A stretch of DNA of 64,000 nt from Novosphingobium sp. Its GTDB lineage: Bacteria > Pseudomonadota > Alphaproteobacteria > Sphingomonadales > Sphingomonadaceae. The notes beneath the pieces were generated by a model. It did not search any database. It worked only from the letters and a program-made list of their open reading frames with translations, and was not told the origin of the DNA. A program made the translations under genes and the position numbers. The stretch spans positions 93 to 64,092 of the forward strand of contig DASVMK010000098.1 in assembly GCA_036384395.1 (NCBI GenBank). The letters are read 5' to 3'. Of this stretch, positions 16,240 to 24,116 are shown piece after piece. The number at the start of each line of letters is the position of its first letter. Position 1 is the stretch's first letter.

Positions 16240-18948
16240 ATGACCCGTTCGCGCCTTTTCCTCGCTCTGTTGCTGGCTGGCACCGGGCTGACCAGCCACG
16301 CCGCGATGGCGCAAACCGAGCCGCAGCCGACGCCGCCCAGCGGTGCCGAAACGGCCACACCCGCACCGGCGGACCCGGCGCCCGCCGAGGAAGACGTGGA
16401 GGTGTCCGCTCCCGGCGCGGAGGGCGCCGAGATCGTCGTCACCGGCCGCTTCATTCCCGAGCCCGTCCGCAACACCGCGCAAGTGGTGAACGTGCTGTCG
16501 TCCGCCGAAATCGCGCGCACCGGCGACGGCGACATTTCGGGCGCGCTGCAGCGCGTGACCGGCCTGTCGGTCAACACCAATGGCTTCGTCTACGTTCGCG
16601 GTCTCGGTGATCGCTATTCGCTGGCGCTGCTCAACGGCCTGGCGCTCCCTTCGCCCGAACCGCTGCGGCGTGTGGTGCCGCTCGACGTGTTTCCGACCAG
16701 CATCGTCTCCAGCGCGCTCGTTCAGAAAAGCTATTCGGTCAACTACCCTGGCGAGTACGGCGGCGGCGTCATCAACCTCACCACCGCCTCGCTGCCCGAG
16801 GAGAACTACCTGACGCTCGGCACCGGCATCAGCATCGACACCGAGACCACCGCCCAGCTCGGCTACACCTATTACGGCAGCAAGCGCGACATCGTCGGCT
16901 ACGACGACGGCACCCGTCGCTTGCCCACCGCGCTGCGCAACAACAACGGCCAACTTGTCAGCGCCAACGTGCTGGAGAACGAGGATACGCTGATCGTCCA
17001 GCGCAACCATGACATCCCGGCCAACTTCAGCGCCTCGGCAAGCGCCGGCTACGCCACCGATTTCGGCGAGAGCCGCTTCGGCGTGCTCGCCAGCATGGGC
17101 TACTCGAACGGCTGGCGCACCCGCGGCGCCACGCAGCAGACCGCGCTGGCGGGCTCGCTGGTCAACAGCAGCTATGGCGTGCGGACCGAGAACCGCATCC
17201 AGGCCAACGCGCTGGTCAGCCTCGGCCTCGACCTGCCGCAGGGCCACAAACTGCGCTTCACCAACGTCTACATCCACGACACTTCGAAGGTCGCGCGCGT
17301 GCGCGGATCCTACGAGAACATTCAGACCCGCTTCGAGGACCTGGACGCCGGCCGCCTGACGGGCCCTTACGATTCGCTCAATTACGAGACGAACTACGTC
17401 CAGCGCCAGCTCATCACCTCGCAGCTCGTCGGCGAGTTCAAGTTCGGCGACTTCGACCTCGACTTGCGCGGCAGCTATTCGAACTCGCAACGCAAGTCGC
17501 CCTACGAGCGGACGACGCAGTACCGCTACGTCCCCGCGACCGAAGGCTATGCGATCCGCTTCGGCGCGCCGACGGGCGTTGTGTTCAGCGACCTGAACGA
17601 GGACGTGTGGGCCGGTGGCGCCGACCTCGCCTATGAATTCACGGGGCCGTTCACCGCCAAGCTCTCGGCGGGTTACGCCTACAGCGACACGAGCCGCCGT
17701 TTCGAAAGCCTGAACTTCGTCTACGACGACGGTGGCGCGCCGGTGGTGACCACGCCCAACGCCTACCTGCCGATCTACCAGCTTCTTTCGCCGGACTTCG
17801 TCGATTACGAAAACATCACGCTGCGCCAGGCCAACCGCGCGTTCGGCCAGGCGCTCTATCGCGGCGACCTGACCGTGCACGGCGGCTATGTGCGCGCCGA
17901 CATGGGCCTGGCCGAAGGGCTCAGGCTCGAGGCGGGCGTACGCTACGAGACCGCCAAGCAGACGCTGACGCTGCCCGACATCTACGGCAACAATCCGAAC
18001 GGCGCCGGCACGGCCGCAGTGATCGAGAAGAAGAACGACTACTGGTTGCCCGCCGCGACGATGACCTGGAACTTCGCCGAAGACTGGCAATTGCGCGTCC
18101 ACGGCTCCAAGACGATCGCCCGGCCGCAGTTCCGCGAGCTCGGCACGATCCCGGTGCTCGATCTGGAATCCGATCGCCTGCTGAGCGGCAACCCGTTCCT
18201 GACCGACAGCCAGCTCTACAACGCCGAGGTCCGCACCGAGTTCTATCCGGCGCGCGGAGAGCGGATCTCGCTGGCCGGCTTCTACAAGCGGATCGACAAG
18301 CCGATCGAATCGATCGCCACCGTCGACGCCTCGGGCCAGCTCCAGGTCAGCAACGCCAACGCGCCCAAGGCTGACCTTTACGGCGTCGAGGCGGAAGTGG
18401 TGAAGTACTTCGACCTCGCCGGCCTTGGCGGCGACTATTTCGCCACCCGCCGTCTGATGCTCTCGGCCAACTACACCTATAGCCAGTCGAAGCTGAAGGT
18501 GGCGGCCGGCGACACCACCGTGCTGTTCCCCGGCAATATCGACAGCCCGCTGATCGCCCCCGCAGGCCAGGTGTTCACAAACGGCAGCCCGCTGACCGGA
18601 CAGTCAAAGCACCTCGCCAACATCCAGTTCGGCATCGAGGATACCGAGACCTTGTCGCAGATCACCCTGCTGCTGACTTACGCCAGCAAGCGCGTGAGCT
18701 CGCGCGGGGCCAACAGCGGCGGCGTGGTCGATCCCGACATCGTCGAGAGGCCCGGCGTCAACCTCGACATCGTCGCGCGGCAGGCCATCGAGGTGGCCGG
18801 CATGCCGCCGCTCGAATTCAAAGTGGAGGGCCGCAACCTCCTCGGAACCGATTTCAGCGAGACGCAGCGCTATCCGGCCTACACGGTGCAGAACAACACT
18901 TACGACGTTGGCACCACCATCGCGGCCAGCATCTCGGCCAAGTTCTAA
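16240..18948 (+). CDS. TonB-dependent outer-membrane receptor
   Basis: Signal peptide, TonB box EIVVTG, plug motifs ALQRVTGLSV and VYVRGLGDRY...LNG, RVVPLDVFP, C-terminal ...SISAKF. Confidence 0.95.
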   Translation: MTRSRLFLALLLAGTGLTSHAAMAQTEPQPTPPSGAETATPAPADPAPAEEDVEVSAPGAEGAEIVVTGRFIPEPVRNTAQVVNVLSSAEIARTGDGDISGALQRVTGLSVNTNGFVYVRGLGDRYSLALLNGLALPSPEPLRRVVPLDVFPTSIVSSALVQKSYSVNYPGEYGGGVINLTTASLPEENYLTLGTGISIDTETTAQLGYTYYGSKRDIVGYDDGTRRLPTALRNNNGQLVSANVLENEDTLIVQRNHDIPANFSASASAGYATDFGESRFGVLASMGYSNGWRTRGATQQTALAGSLVNSSYGVRTENRIQANALVSLGLDLPQGHKLRFTNVYIHDTSKVARVRGSYENIQTRFEDLDAGRLTGPYDSLNYETNYVQRQLITSQLVGEFKFGDFDLDLRGSYSNSQRKSPYERTTQYRYVPATEGYAIRFGAPTGVVFSDLNEDVWAGGADLAYEFTGPFTAKLSAGYAYSDTSRRFESLNFVYDDGGAPVVTTPNAYLPIYQLLSPDFVDYENITLRQANRAFGQALYRGDLTVHGGYVRADMGLAEGLRLEAGVRYETAKQTLTLPDIYGNNPNGAGTAAVIEKKNDYWLPAATMTWNFAEDWQLRVHGSKTIARPQFRELGTIPVLDLESDRLLSGNPFLTDSQLYNAEVRTEFYPARGERISLAGFYKRIDKPIESIATVDASGQLQVSNANAPKADLYGVEAEVVKYFDLAGLGGDYFATRRLMLSANYTYSQSKLKVAAGDTTVLFPGNIDSPLIAPAGQVFTNGSPLTGQSKHLANIQFGIEDTETLSQITLLLTYASKRVSSRGANSGGVVDPDIVERPGVNLDIVARQAIEVAGMPPLEFKVEGRNLLGTDFSETQRYPAYTVQNNTYDVGTTIAASISAKF

Positions 18949-19000
18949 TCCCGGTTTCCTGCCGAAGGGGGAGGCCCTCTCTCCCCCCGACCCTCCTATA

Positions 19001-19036
19001 GGCCCGGCTCCCGCAAGGGTTCCGGGCCTTCTTTTG
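19001..19036 (+). terminator. Rho-independent terminator after the TBDR
   Basis: GGCCCGG-CTCCC-GCAA-GGGTT-CCGGGCC followed by TTCTTTTG. Confidence 0.75.
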
Positions 19037-19080
19037 TCTGGCGGTGGCTCAGAGCGGCGTGCGCGCAACCAGCGTCACCT

Positions 19081-19163
19081 GCGCCCCCGCGAAAGCGGGG
19101 GCCTCGTTCGGCGGGATCATAGGTTGCGTGGGCGGCCCGAGGTCCCCGCTTGCGCGGGGACGC
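19081..19163. repeat. Inverted REP doublet (GCCCCCGC-GAAA-GCGGGGGC ... GTCCCCGC-TTGC-GCGGGGAC)
   Basis: 19081-19106 and 19138-19163 are imperfect inverted copies, each itself a hairpin; resembles the common alphaproteobacterial CCCGCGAAAGCGGG REP. Confidence 0.8.
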
Positions 19164-19183
19164 GCTTCTCTTGAGGCTAACCC

Positions 19184-19858
19184 TCAAGGCTGGTCGAGCA
19201 CGTATCCCAGCGAACGCACCGTGCGCAGCGGATCGCCGGCGCCGGCGGTGCGCAGCGCGCGGCGCAGGCGGCCGATCCAGACATCGACCGTGCGTTCGTC
19301 GACCGGCGGGTCCTGCTTGCCGAGCGCGGCGATGAGCTGGCCGCGGGTGAACACCCGGCCGGGATGCTCGACCAGGTAGCGCAGCAGGCGGAACTCGTTG
19401 GGCATCAGCGGGATCGCCTTGCCGCGCCAGCGCGCCTGGAAGGCGGCGAGATCGATGCTGAGCTCGCCGAGCGCGAGGTTGCGCGCGGGCGCGCCGTCGT
19501 GGTCGTGCGGCCGGGCCGAGAGCACCCGGTCGAGCAGCGCGGTGCGGGTGGCGGGTCCGACCATGTAGTCGTCCGCCCCGGCGCGCAGCGCACGGCGGCG
19601 GGCGTCCTGGTCGTCCTCCTCCAGCATCATCGTGATGTGCGCCTGCGCGGTCAGCGGATCGCAGCGCAGCCGGCGGCAGATCTCGAGCCCTGAGATCTCG
19701 GGCAGCACCCAGTCGACGAAGGCCCAGAGCGTGCCTTCGAGCAGCGGCAGCTCGCTGGGCCGCGCCCAGCGATGGAACAGCACTTCGAGCTCGCCGTGGA
19801 CGAACGGCGCGGTTCCCCCCTCGAGCTCGCCGGTCAGCAGTATGTCGACGCGGTGCAT
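19184..19858 (-). CDS. PhoB-like OmpR-family regulator with atypical (pseudo-)receiver domain
   Basis: FVDWVLPEISGLEICRRLR and GADDY resemble PhoB; DNA-binding domain ERTVDVWIGRLRRAL...LRTVRSLGY; GGAG RBS before ATG 19858. Confidence 0.85.
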   Translation of the reverse strand: MHRVDILLTGELEGGTAPFVHGELEVLFHRWARPSELPLLEGTLWAFVDWVLPEISGLEICRRLRCDPLTAQAHITMMLEEDDQDARRRALRAGADDYMVGPATRTALLDRVLSARPHDHDGAPARNLALGELSIDLAAFQARWRGKAIPLMPNEFRLLRYLVEHPGRVFTRGQLIAALGKQDPPVDERTVDVWIGRLRRALRTAGAGDPLRTVRSLGYVLDQP

Positions 19859-19901
19859 GGAACTCCGGCCCTGTGTTGCGGAAGGACCCTGCCGCCGCCG
19901 T

Positions 19902-19941
19902 GTGACGCGCAAATGACGGTTCGGCGACAGTTCGGTGAAAT
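19902..19941 (-). promoter_or_regulatory. Four-unit Pho-box array upstream of the phoB-like gene
   Basis: Minus strand ATTTCAC-CGAA-CTGTCGC-CGAA-CCGTCAT-TTGC-GCGTCAC with exact 11-bp period. Confidence 0.8.
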
Positions 19942-19953
19942 CGCGGCGCTCGC

Positions 19954-19982
19954 CTGTCACCGAACTGACCCCGATCCGTCAC
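19954..19982 (+). promoter_or_regulatory. Three-unit Pho-box array upstream of plcP-agt
   Basis: CTGTCAC-CGAA-CTGACCC-CGAT-CCGTCAC with exact 11-bp period. Confidence 0.8.
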
Positions 19983-20033
19983 CACCCCGCAACCGCGCCG
20001 GATTAAAAGGAGGCGAAACCGGCAAAGGTGACA

Positions 20034-20933
20034 ATGATGATCTTCGATGACGCGGACCTGCTGCCCCGCAAGCCGGGTGGCGTTCCTCCCCTGGGCAAGA
20101 TCCCCGAATGGCTCGACCTGCCAGACCCCAAGGGCTTCCGTCCCAAGCGCAAGTACCGCACGGTGTGGATTTCCGACGTCCACCTCGGCACGCGCGGCTG
20201 CAACGCGGCGCTGCTCGTGGATTTCCTGCGCTCGATCGAGTGCCAGACGCTCTACCTGGTCGGCGACATCGTCGACGGCTGGCGGCTGCGCAAAGGCTGG
20301 TACTGGCCCGACGCCCACAACGAGGTGGTCCGCCGCCTGCTCAAGATGGCGCATCGCGGCACCCGCGTGGTCTTCGTCGCGGGCAATCACGACGAGATGC
20401 TGCGCGACTATGCCGGGCTGACCTTCGGCGGGGTCGAGCTGGTGCTCGAAGCGGTGCACGAGACCGCCGACGGTCGCCGCCTGCTGGTGACTCACGGCGA
20501 CAGCTTCGACGGCGTGGTGCTCTACGCCAAGTGGCTCGCGTTCCTGGGCGACAAGGCCTACGGGCTGCTGCTGCGCGCCAACATCCTGTTCAACGCCGTG
20601 CGACGGCGGCTGAAGATGCCGTACTGGTCGCTCTCCGCGCACCTCAAGCGCAAGGTCAAGAACGCCGTCCAGTACGTCTGCAGCTTCGAGGAGGCGGTGG
20701 CGCGCGAGGCGCTCGAGCGCGGCTTCGACGGCATCGTCTGCGGCCACATCCACTGCGCCGAGATTCGCGCGATCGGCGACATCACCTATTACAACGACGG
20801 CGACTGGGTCGAAAGCTGCACCGCGCTGGCCGAAGAGGCCGATGGCGCGATGCACATCGTCGACTGGGCGCAGGAAGTGGCGGCCGAGGCGGCGGCGAAC
20901 GCGCCCACCCAGCCGCTGGAGACGGTGGCATGA
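20034..20933 (+). CDS. plcP: PlcP-type phospholipase C (LpxH-like metallophosphoesterase)
   Basis: SDVHLG, GDIVD, GNHD (His, not the Arg of LpxH GNRD), THGD, CGHIH, YYNDGDWVESCT; coupled to a GT4 gene; Pho box upstream. An alternative GTG start lies at 20028. Confidence 0.85.
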   Translation: MMIFDDADLLPRKPGGVPPLGKIPEWLDLPDPKGFRPKRKYRTVWISDVHLGTRGCNAALLVDFLRSIECQTLYLVGDIVDGWRLRKGWYWPDAHNEVVRRLLKMAHRGTRVVFVAGNHDEMLRDYAGLTFGGVELVLEAVHETADGRRLLVTHGDSFDGVVLYAKWLAFLGDKAYGLLLRANILFNAVRRRLKMPYWSLSAHLKRKVKNAVQYVCSFEEAVAREALERGFDGIVCGHIHCAEIRAIGDITYYNDGDWVESCTALAEEADGAMHIVDWAQEVAAEAAANAPTQPLETVA

Positions 20934-22033
20934 GCGCGCCTATTCGCATCGCTATCGCCACCGACGCCTGGTTTCCGCAGGTCAACGGCGTCGTCCGCAC
21001 GCTGGCGGCCACCGTCGCGGTGCTCGACCGGCAGGGCTACGAGGTCGAACTGATCACGCCCGAGCGCTTCCTCACCGTGCCGATGCCCGGCTATTCGGCG
21101 ATCCGCCTGGCGCTGGCCCCGCGCTTCGCCGCGCGGCGGATGCTCGACCACTATCGCCCCGACATCGTCCACATCGCCACCGAAGGGCCGATCGGCTGGA
21201 GCGCGCGCGGTTGGTGCCTGGCGCGCGGGGTGCCGTTCACCACCGCGTTCCACACACGCTTTCCCGACTATGCGGCGGTCCGCACCGGCATCAGTGCCGA
21301 GCGCTTCTGGCCGATCATGCGCCGCTTCCATGCCCCCAGCCGCGCGGTGCTCGTCGCTACGCGCAGTCTGGAGCTGGAACTGCGCGGGCGCGGCTTCGAG
21401 CGAATCCGGCCCTGGAGCCGGGGCATCGACAACTGGGTCTTCCGTGCCGACGGCGACGCCCATCCCGATCTCGTCCATCTGCCGCGCCCGTTGCTGCTCA
21501 ACGTCGGCCGCGTCGCGCCCGAGAAGAACCTCGAGGCGTTCTTGCAGGCCGAGACGCCCGGCACCAAGGTCGTCGTCGGCGAAGGCCCTGCGCTTGGCGA
21601 CCTGCGCGCGCGCTATCCCGATGTGATGTTCATGGGCGCGCTGGCGGGCGAGGAGCTCGCCGCCGCCTATCGCAGCGCCGACTGTTTCGTGTTCCCCAGC
21701 CTTACCGACACCTTCGGGCTGGTGGTGATCGAGGCACTGTCGTGCGGCGTGCCGGTGGCCGCCTATCCGGTGCCCGGTCCGATCGACATCCTGGGTCCCG
21801 ATGGCTGCGGCGTCGATGGCGAGCAGGCCCGGGCGGCGGGCGCGGTCGATGAAGACCTTGCCGCCGCGATCGCCCGCGCGCTGAGGCTGCGCCGCGCCGA
21901 CGCCATCGCGCTGGCGCGCAACTACACCTGGGAACGCGCGACCGACCACTTCCTCGCGGCGATCCGCTCGGCGCTGGATGGAGCGGCGGAGCCGGTGGCG
22001 GCGCGCTCGGAGGCCGAGCTGGAGGCGGCCTGA
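20930..22033 (+). CDS. GT4 glycosyltransferase, Agt-like glycolipid (glucosyl/glucuronosyl-DAG) synthase
   Basis: RIAIATDAWFPQVNGVVRTL, VHIATEGPIG, VGRVAPEKN, FVFPSLTDTFGLVVIEALSCGVPV; ATGA overlap with plcP. Confidence 0.85.
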   Translation: MSAPIRIAIATDAWFPQVNGVVRTLAATVAVLDRQGYEVELITPERFLTVPMPGYSAIRLALAPRFAARRMLDHYRPDIVHIATEGPIGWSARGWCLARGVPFTTAFHTRFPDYAAVRTGISAERFWPIMRRFHAPSRAVLVATRSLELELRGRGFERIRPWSRGIDNWVFRADGDAHPDLVHLPRPLLLNVGRVAPEKNLEAFLQAETPGTKVVVGEGPALGDLRARYPDVMFMGALAGEELAAAYRSADCFVFPSLTDTFGLVVIEALSCGVPVAAYPVPGPIDILGPDGCGVDGEQARAAGAVDEDLAAAIARALRLRRADAIALARNYTWERATDHFLAAIRSALDGAAEPVAARSEAELEAA

Positions 22034-22134
22034 GGTTTTGACCGGGTTTGAGAGAGGCAACGGTTTCGTCCCTCGCCAGCGGCGCTGGGACTGGTCTTGC
22101 TGGCGATCCGCGCCTGGCTGCGGTAATCCCCTGG

Positions 22135-22159
22135 GGAACCGCGGCGGGGTTCGATCATT
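22135..22159 (+). promoter_or_regulatory. Candidate EcfG (sigmaT) general-stress promoter GGAAC-N16-CATT
   Basis: GGAAC 22135-22139 and CATT 22156-22159, 33 bp upstream of a small lipoprotein start. Confidence 0.55.
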
Positions 22160-22191
22160 CTGGACCGCGGGTAGCCTGAGGAGAGAAATCC

Positions 22192-22530
22192 ATGCGTAAC
22201 ATCGCCCCGAAATTCGGCATCATCCTGTCGTTCGCCGCCGGTCTCGCGCTCCCCGGGTGTTCGGAAAAGACCCAGGACAGCGCGCAGAACACCATCGATG
22301 CCGCGGGCGAGGACATGAGCAGCGCGGCCAGCGATGCCGCCGCCGACGGCGCCCGCGCGGTCAACGCCGCCGCCACCGAGGGCGCCGCCGCCGTCAGCGA
22401 AGCCGCCCGGGACGCCGCCGGCGAGGCCGCGCGCGTCACCGACCGGATGGGCGACGCGATGAAGGAAGGCGCGGCAAAGGTCGAAGCGCGCACCCAGGGC
22501 GAGTCCGAGGACAAGGCGAAGGCGGACTGA
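22192..22530 (+). CDS. Small Ala/Asp-rich lipoprotein
   Basis: GAGGAG RBS, lipobox LPGC, low-complexity amphipathic repeats. Confidence 0.75.
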   Translation: MRNIAPKFGIILSFAAGLALPGCSEKTQDSAQNTIDAAGEDMSSAASDAAADGARAVNAAATEGAAAVSEAARDAAGEAARVTDRMGDAMKEGAAKVEARTQGESEDKAKAD

Positions 22531-22539
22531 GGGCAAAAC

Positions 22540-22563
22540 GCGCGTCCCCGCCTGGGCGGGGAC
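22540..22563. repeat. Single REP hairpin GCGCGTCCCCGC-CTGG-GCGGGGAC
   Basis: Same stem as 19142-19165 (reverse complement) with a different loop; lies between convergent genes. Confidence 0.7.
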
Positions 22564-22566
22564 ACC

Positions 22567-24111
22567 TCAGTGCGCGTCCACCTGCGCGAGTGCCCCGGTC
22601 TTGATCCGGGGCGTCAGCCAGACCACGCCGGCCGCCGCGAACAGGATCACGGCGGTGATCAGGAAGGTGTGATTGACGGCGAGCATCATCGCCTCGTTGT
22701 CAACCATGTTGCTGATGACCTGGCGTATCTGTTCCGGCCCCATGCCCGCGCTCGCGAGCGTGGCGGTGGTCTCGTCGGGATGCAGCGCGCCCGCTAGTTC
22801 GGTGCGGGCGGTGCGCTGGCCGTTGCCCCACACGGTCAGCGCCAGCGAGGTCGATAGCGCCACCGCCATCGTGCGCAGGAACGACTGGATGCCCGCGGCC
22901 GATGCGGTCTTCTCGATCGGCACCAGGTTTATCGACAGCGTGGTCAGCGGAATCATGAAGAACGGCAGCGCCAGGCCCTGGAGGATCTGCGGCAACGCCA
23001 GCGTCCCGAAATCGGCGCCCGTCGTCCAGCTCGCGCGCAGCAGCGCCATGCAGCCCATCCAGCCGACCGAGCACGAGATCATGATCCGCACATCGACCCG
23101 GCCGACCAGCCGGGCGGAGATTTGCGAGGTGATGATCGCCGCGCCCGCGGTGAGCGCGGTGATCACGCCGGCCATCGTCGCGGTATAGCCCATCGACGTC
23201 TGCAGCCACTGCGGGATGATGATGATGCTGGCAAAATAAGCGCCGAAGCACAGCGCCAGCGTCAGGATCGCGAAGCCGAAACCGGGATAGCGAAAGATCC
23301 GGAGATCGACGATCGGGTGTTCCTCGGTCCATTCCCAGATGACGAAGGCCATGAAGCCGACCGCCGCGCAGACCGCCAGCACGACGATCCGCCAGTCGCC
23401 GAACCAGTCGTGGTCGCGGCCGATGTCGAGCACGATCTGCAGGCAGCCGATCCAGAACACCAGCAGCGCCAGGCCGATGCGATCGACCGGCACCTTTTGC
23501 GCCGGCGTTTCGTAAGGGCGCAGCAGCCAGGCGGCGGCGATCGTGCAGAAGATCGCCACCGGGATGTTGAGCAGGAAGATCCAGTGCCAGCTGAAGCTGT
23601 CGCTGATCCAGCCACCGAGGATCGGGCCGACCGCCGGGCCGAGCAGCGTCGTCATCGCCCAGACGCCCATCGCCATCGTCCGCTTCTCGGGCGGAAAGAT
23701 ACGCGCCAGCAGCGTCTGCGACATCGGCATCAGCGGCGCGCCGCACAGGCCCTGGCCGATGCGCGCGGCGACCAGCATGCCCAGTGTCACCGACAGTCCG
23801 CACAGCAGCGAGAACAGGCCGAAGCCGAACATCGAGACGGTGAACACCCGCACCGCGCCGAAGCGTTGCGACAGCCATCCGGCCAGCGGCACGCAGATCG
23901 CCTCGGACACCGCGTAGGAGGTGATGATCCAGGTGCCCTGATCCATCGAGATGCCGAGATTGCCCGCGATATGCGGCACCGAGACGTTGGCCACGGTCAG
24001 ATCGAGCACGACCATGAAGTTGCTCAGCGCCAGCACCAGCCCGCACAGCATCAGCCGGCTGGTGGGGACGTTCGCCGGGCTACTGGCGATGGCGCGCGCG
24101 GTGTCGCTCAT
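22567..24111 (-). CDS. DHA2 family MFS efflux permease (EmrB-like)
   Basis: LDLTVANVSVPHIAG, WIITSYAVSEAI, RIGQG, GPAVGPILGGWI, WHWIFLLNIP. Confidence 0.93.
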   Translation of the reverse strand: MSDTARAIASSPANVPTSRLMLCGLVLALSNFMVVLDLTVANVSVPHIAGNLGISMDQGTWIITSYAVSEAICVPLAGWLSQRFGAVRVFTVSMFGFGLFSLLCGLSVTLGMLVAARIGQGLCGAPLMPMSQTLLARIFPPEKRTMAMGVWAMTTLLGPAVGPILGGWISDSFSWHWIFLLNIPVAIFCTIAAAWLLRPYETPAQKVPVDRIGLALLVFWIGCLQIVLDIGRDHDWFGDWRIVVLAVCAAVGFMAFVIWEWTEEHPIVDLRIFRYPGFGFAILTLALCFGAYFASIIIIPQWLQTSMGYTATMAGVITALTAGAAIITSQISARLVGRVDVRIMISCSVGWMGCMALLRASWTTGADFGTLALPQILQGLALPFFMIPLTTLSINLVPIEKTASAAGIQSFLRTMAVALSTSLALTVWGNGQRTARTELAGALHPDETTATLASAGMGPEQIRQVISNMVDNEAMMLAVNHTFLITAVILFAAAGVVWLTPRIKTGALAQVDAH

Positions 24112-24116
24112 CGCGG

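Noticed and set aside
14551-18102. 1183-aa minus-strand ORF and many other long antisense/alternate-frame ORFs (e.g. 10016-12460, 36122-38950, 31362-33482)
   Set aside because: They are shadows of well-supported genes on the opposite strand or in another frame; stop codons are scarce at this GC content and the translations are Arg/Ala/Gly-rich with no motifs.
20034-20933. Annotation as LpxH (lipid A biosynthesis)
   Set aside because: GNHD rather than GNRD, coupling to a GT4 gene and a Pho array all favour PlcP; sphingomonads also typically lack lipid A.
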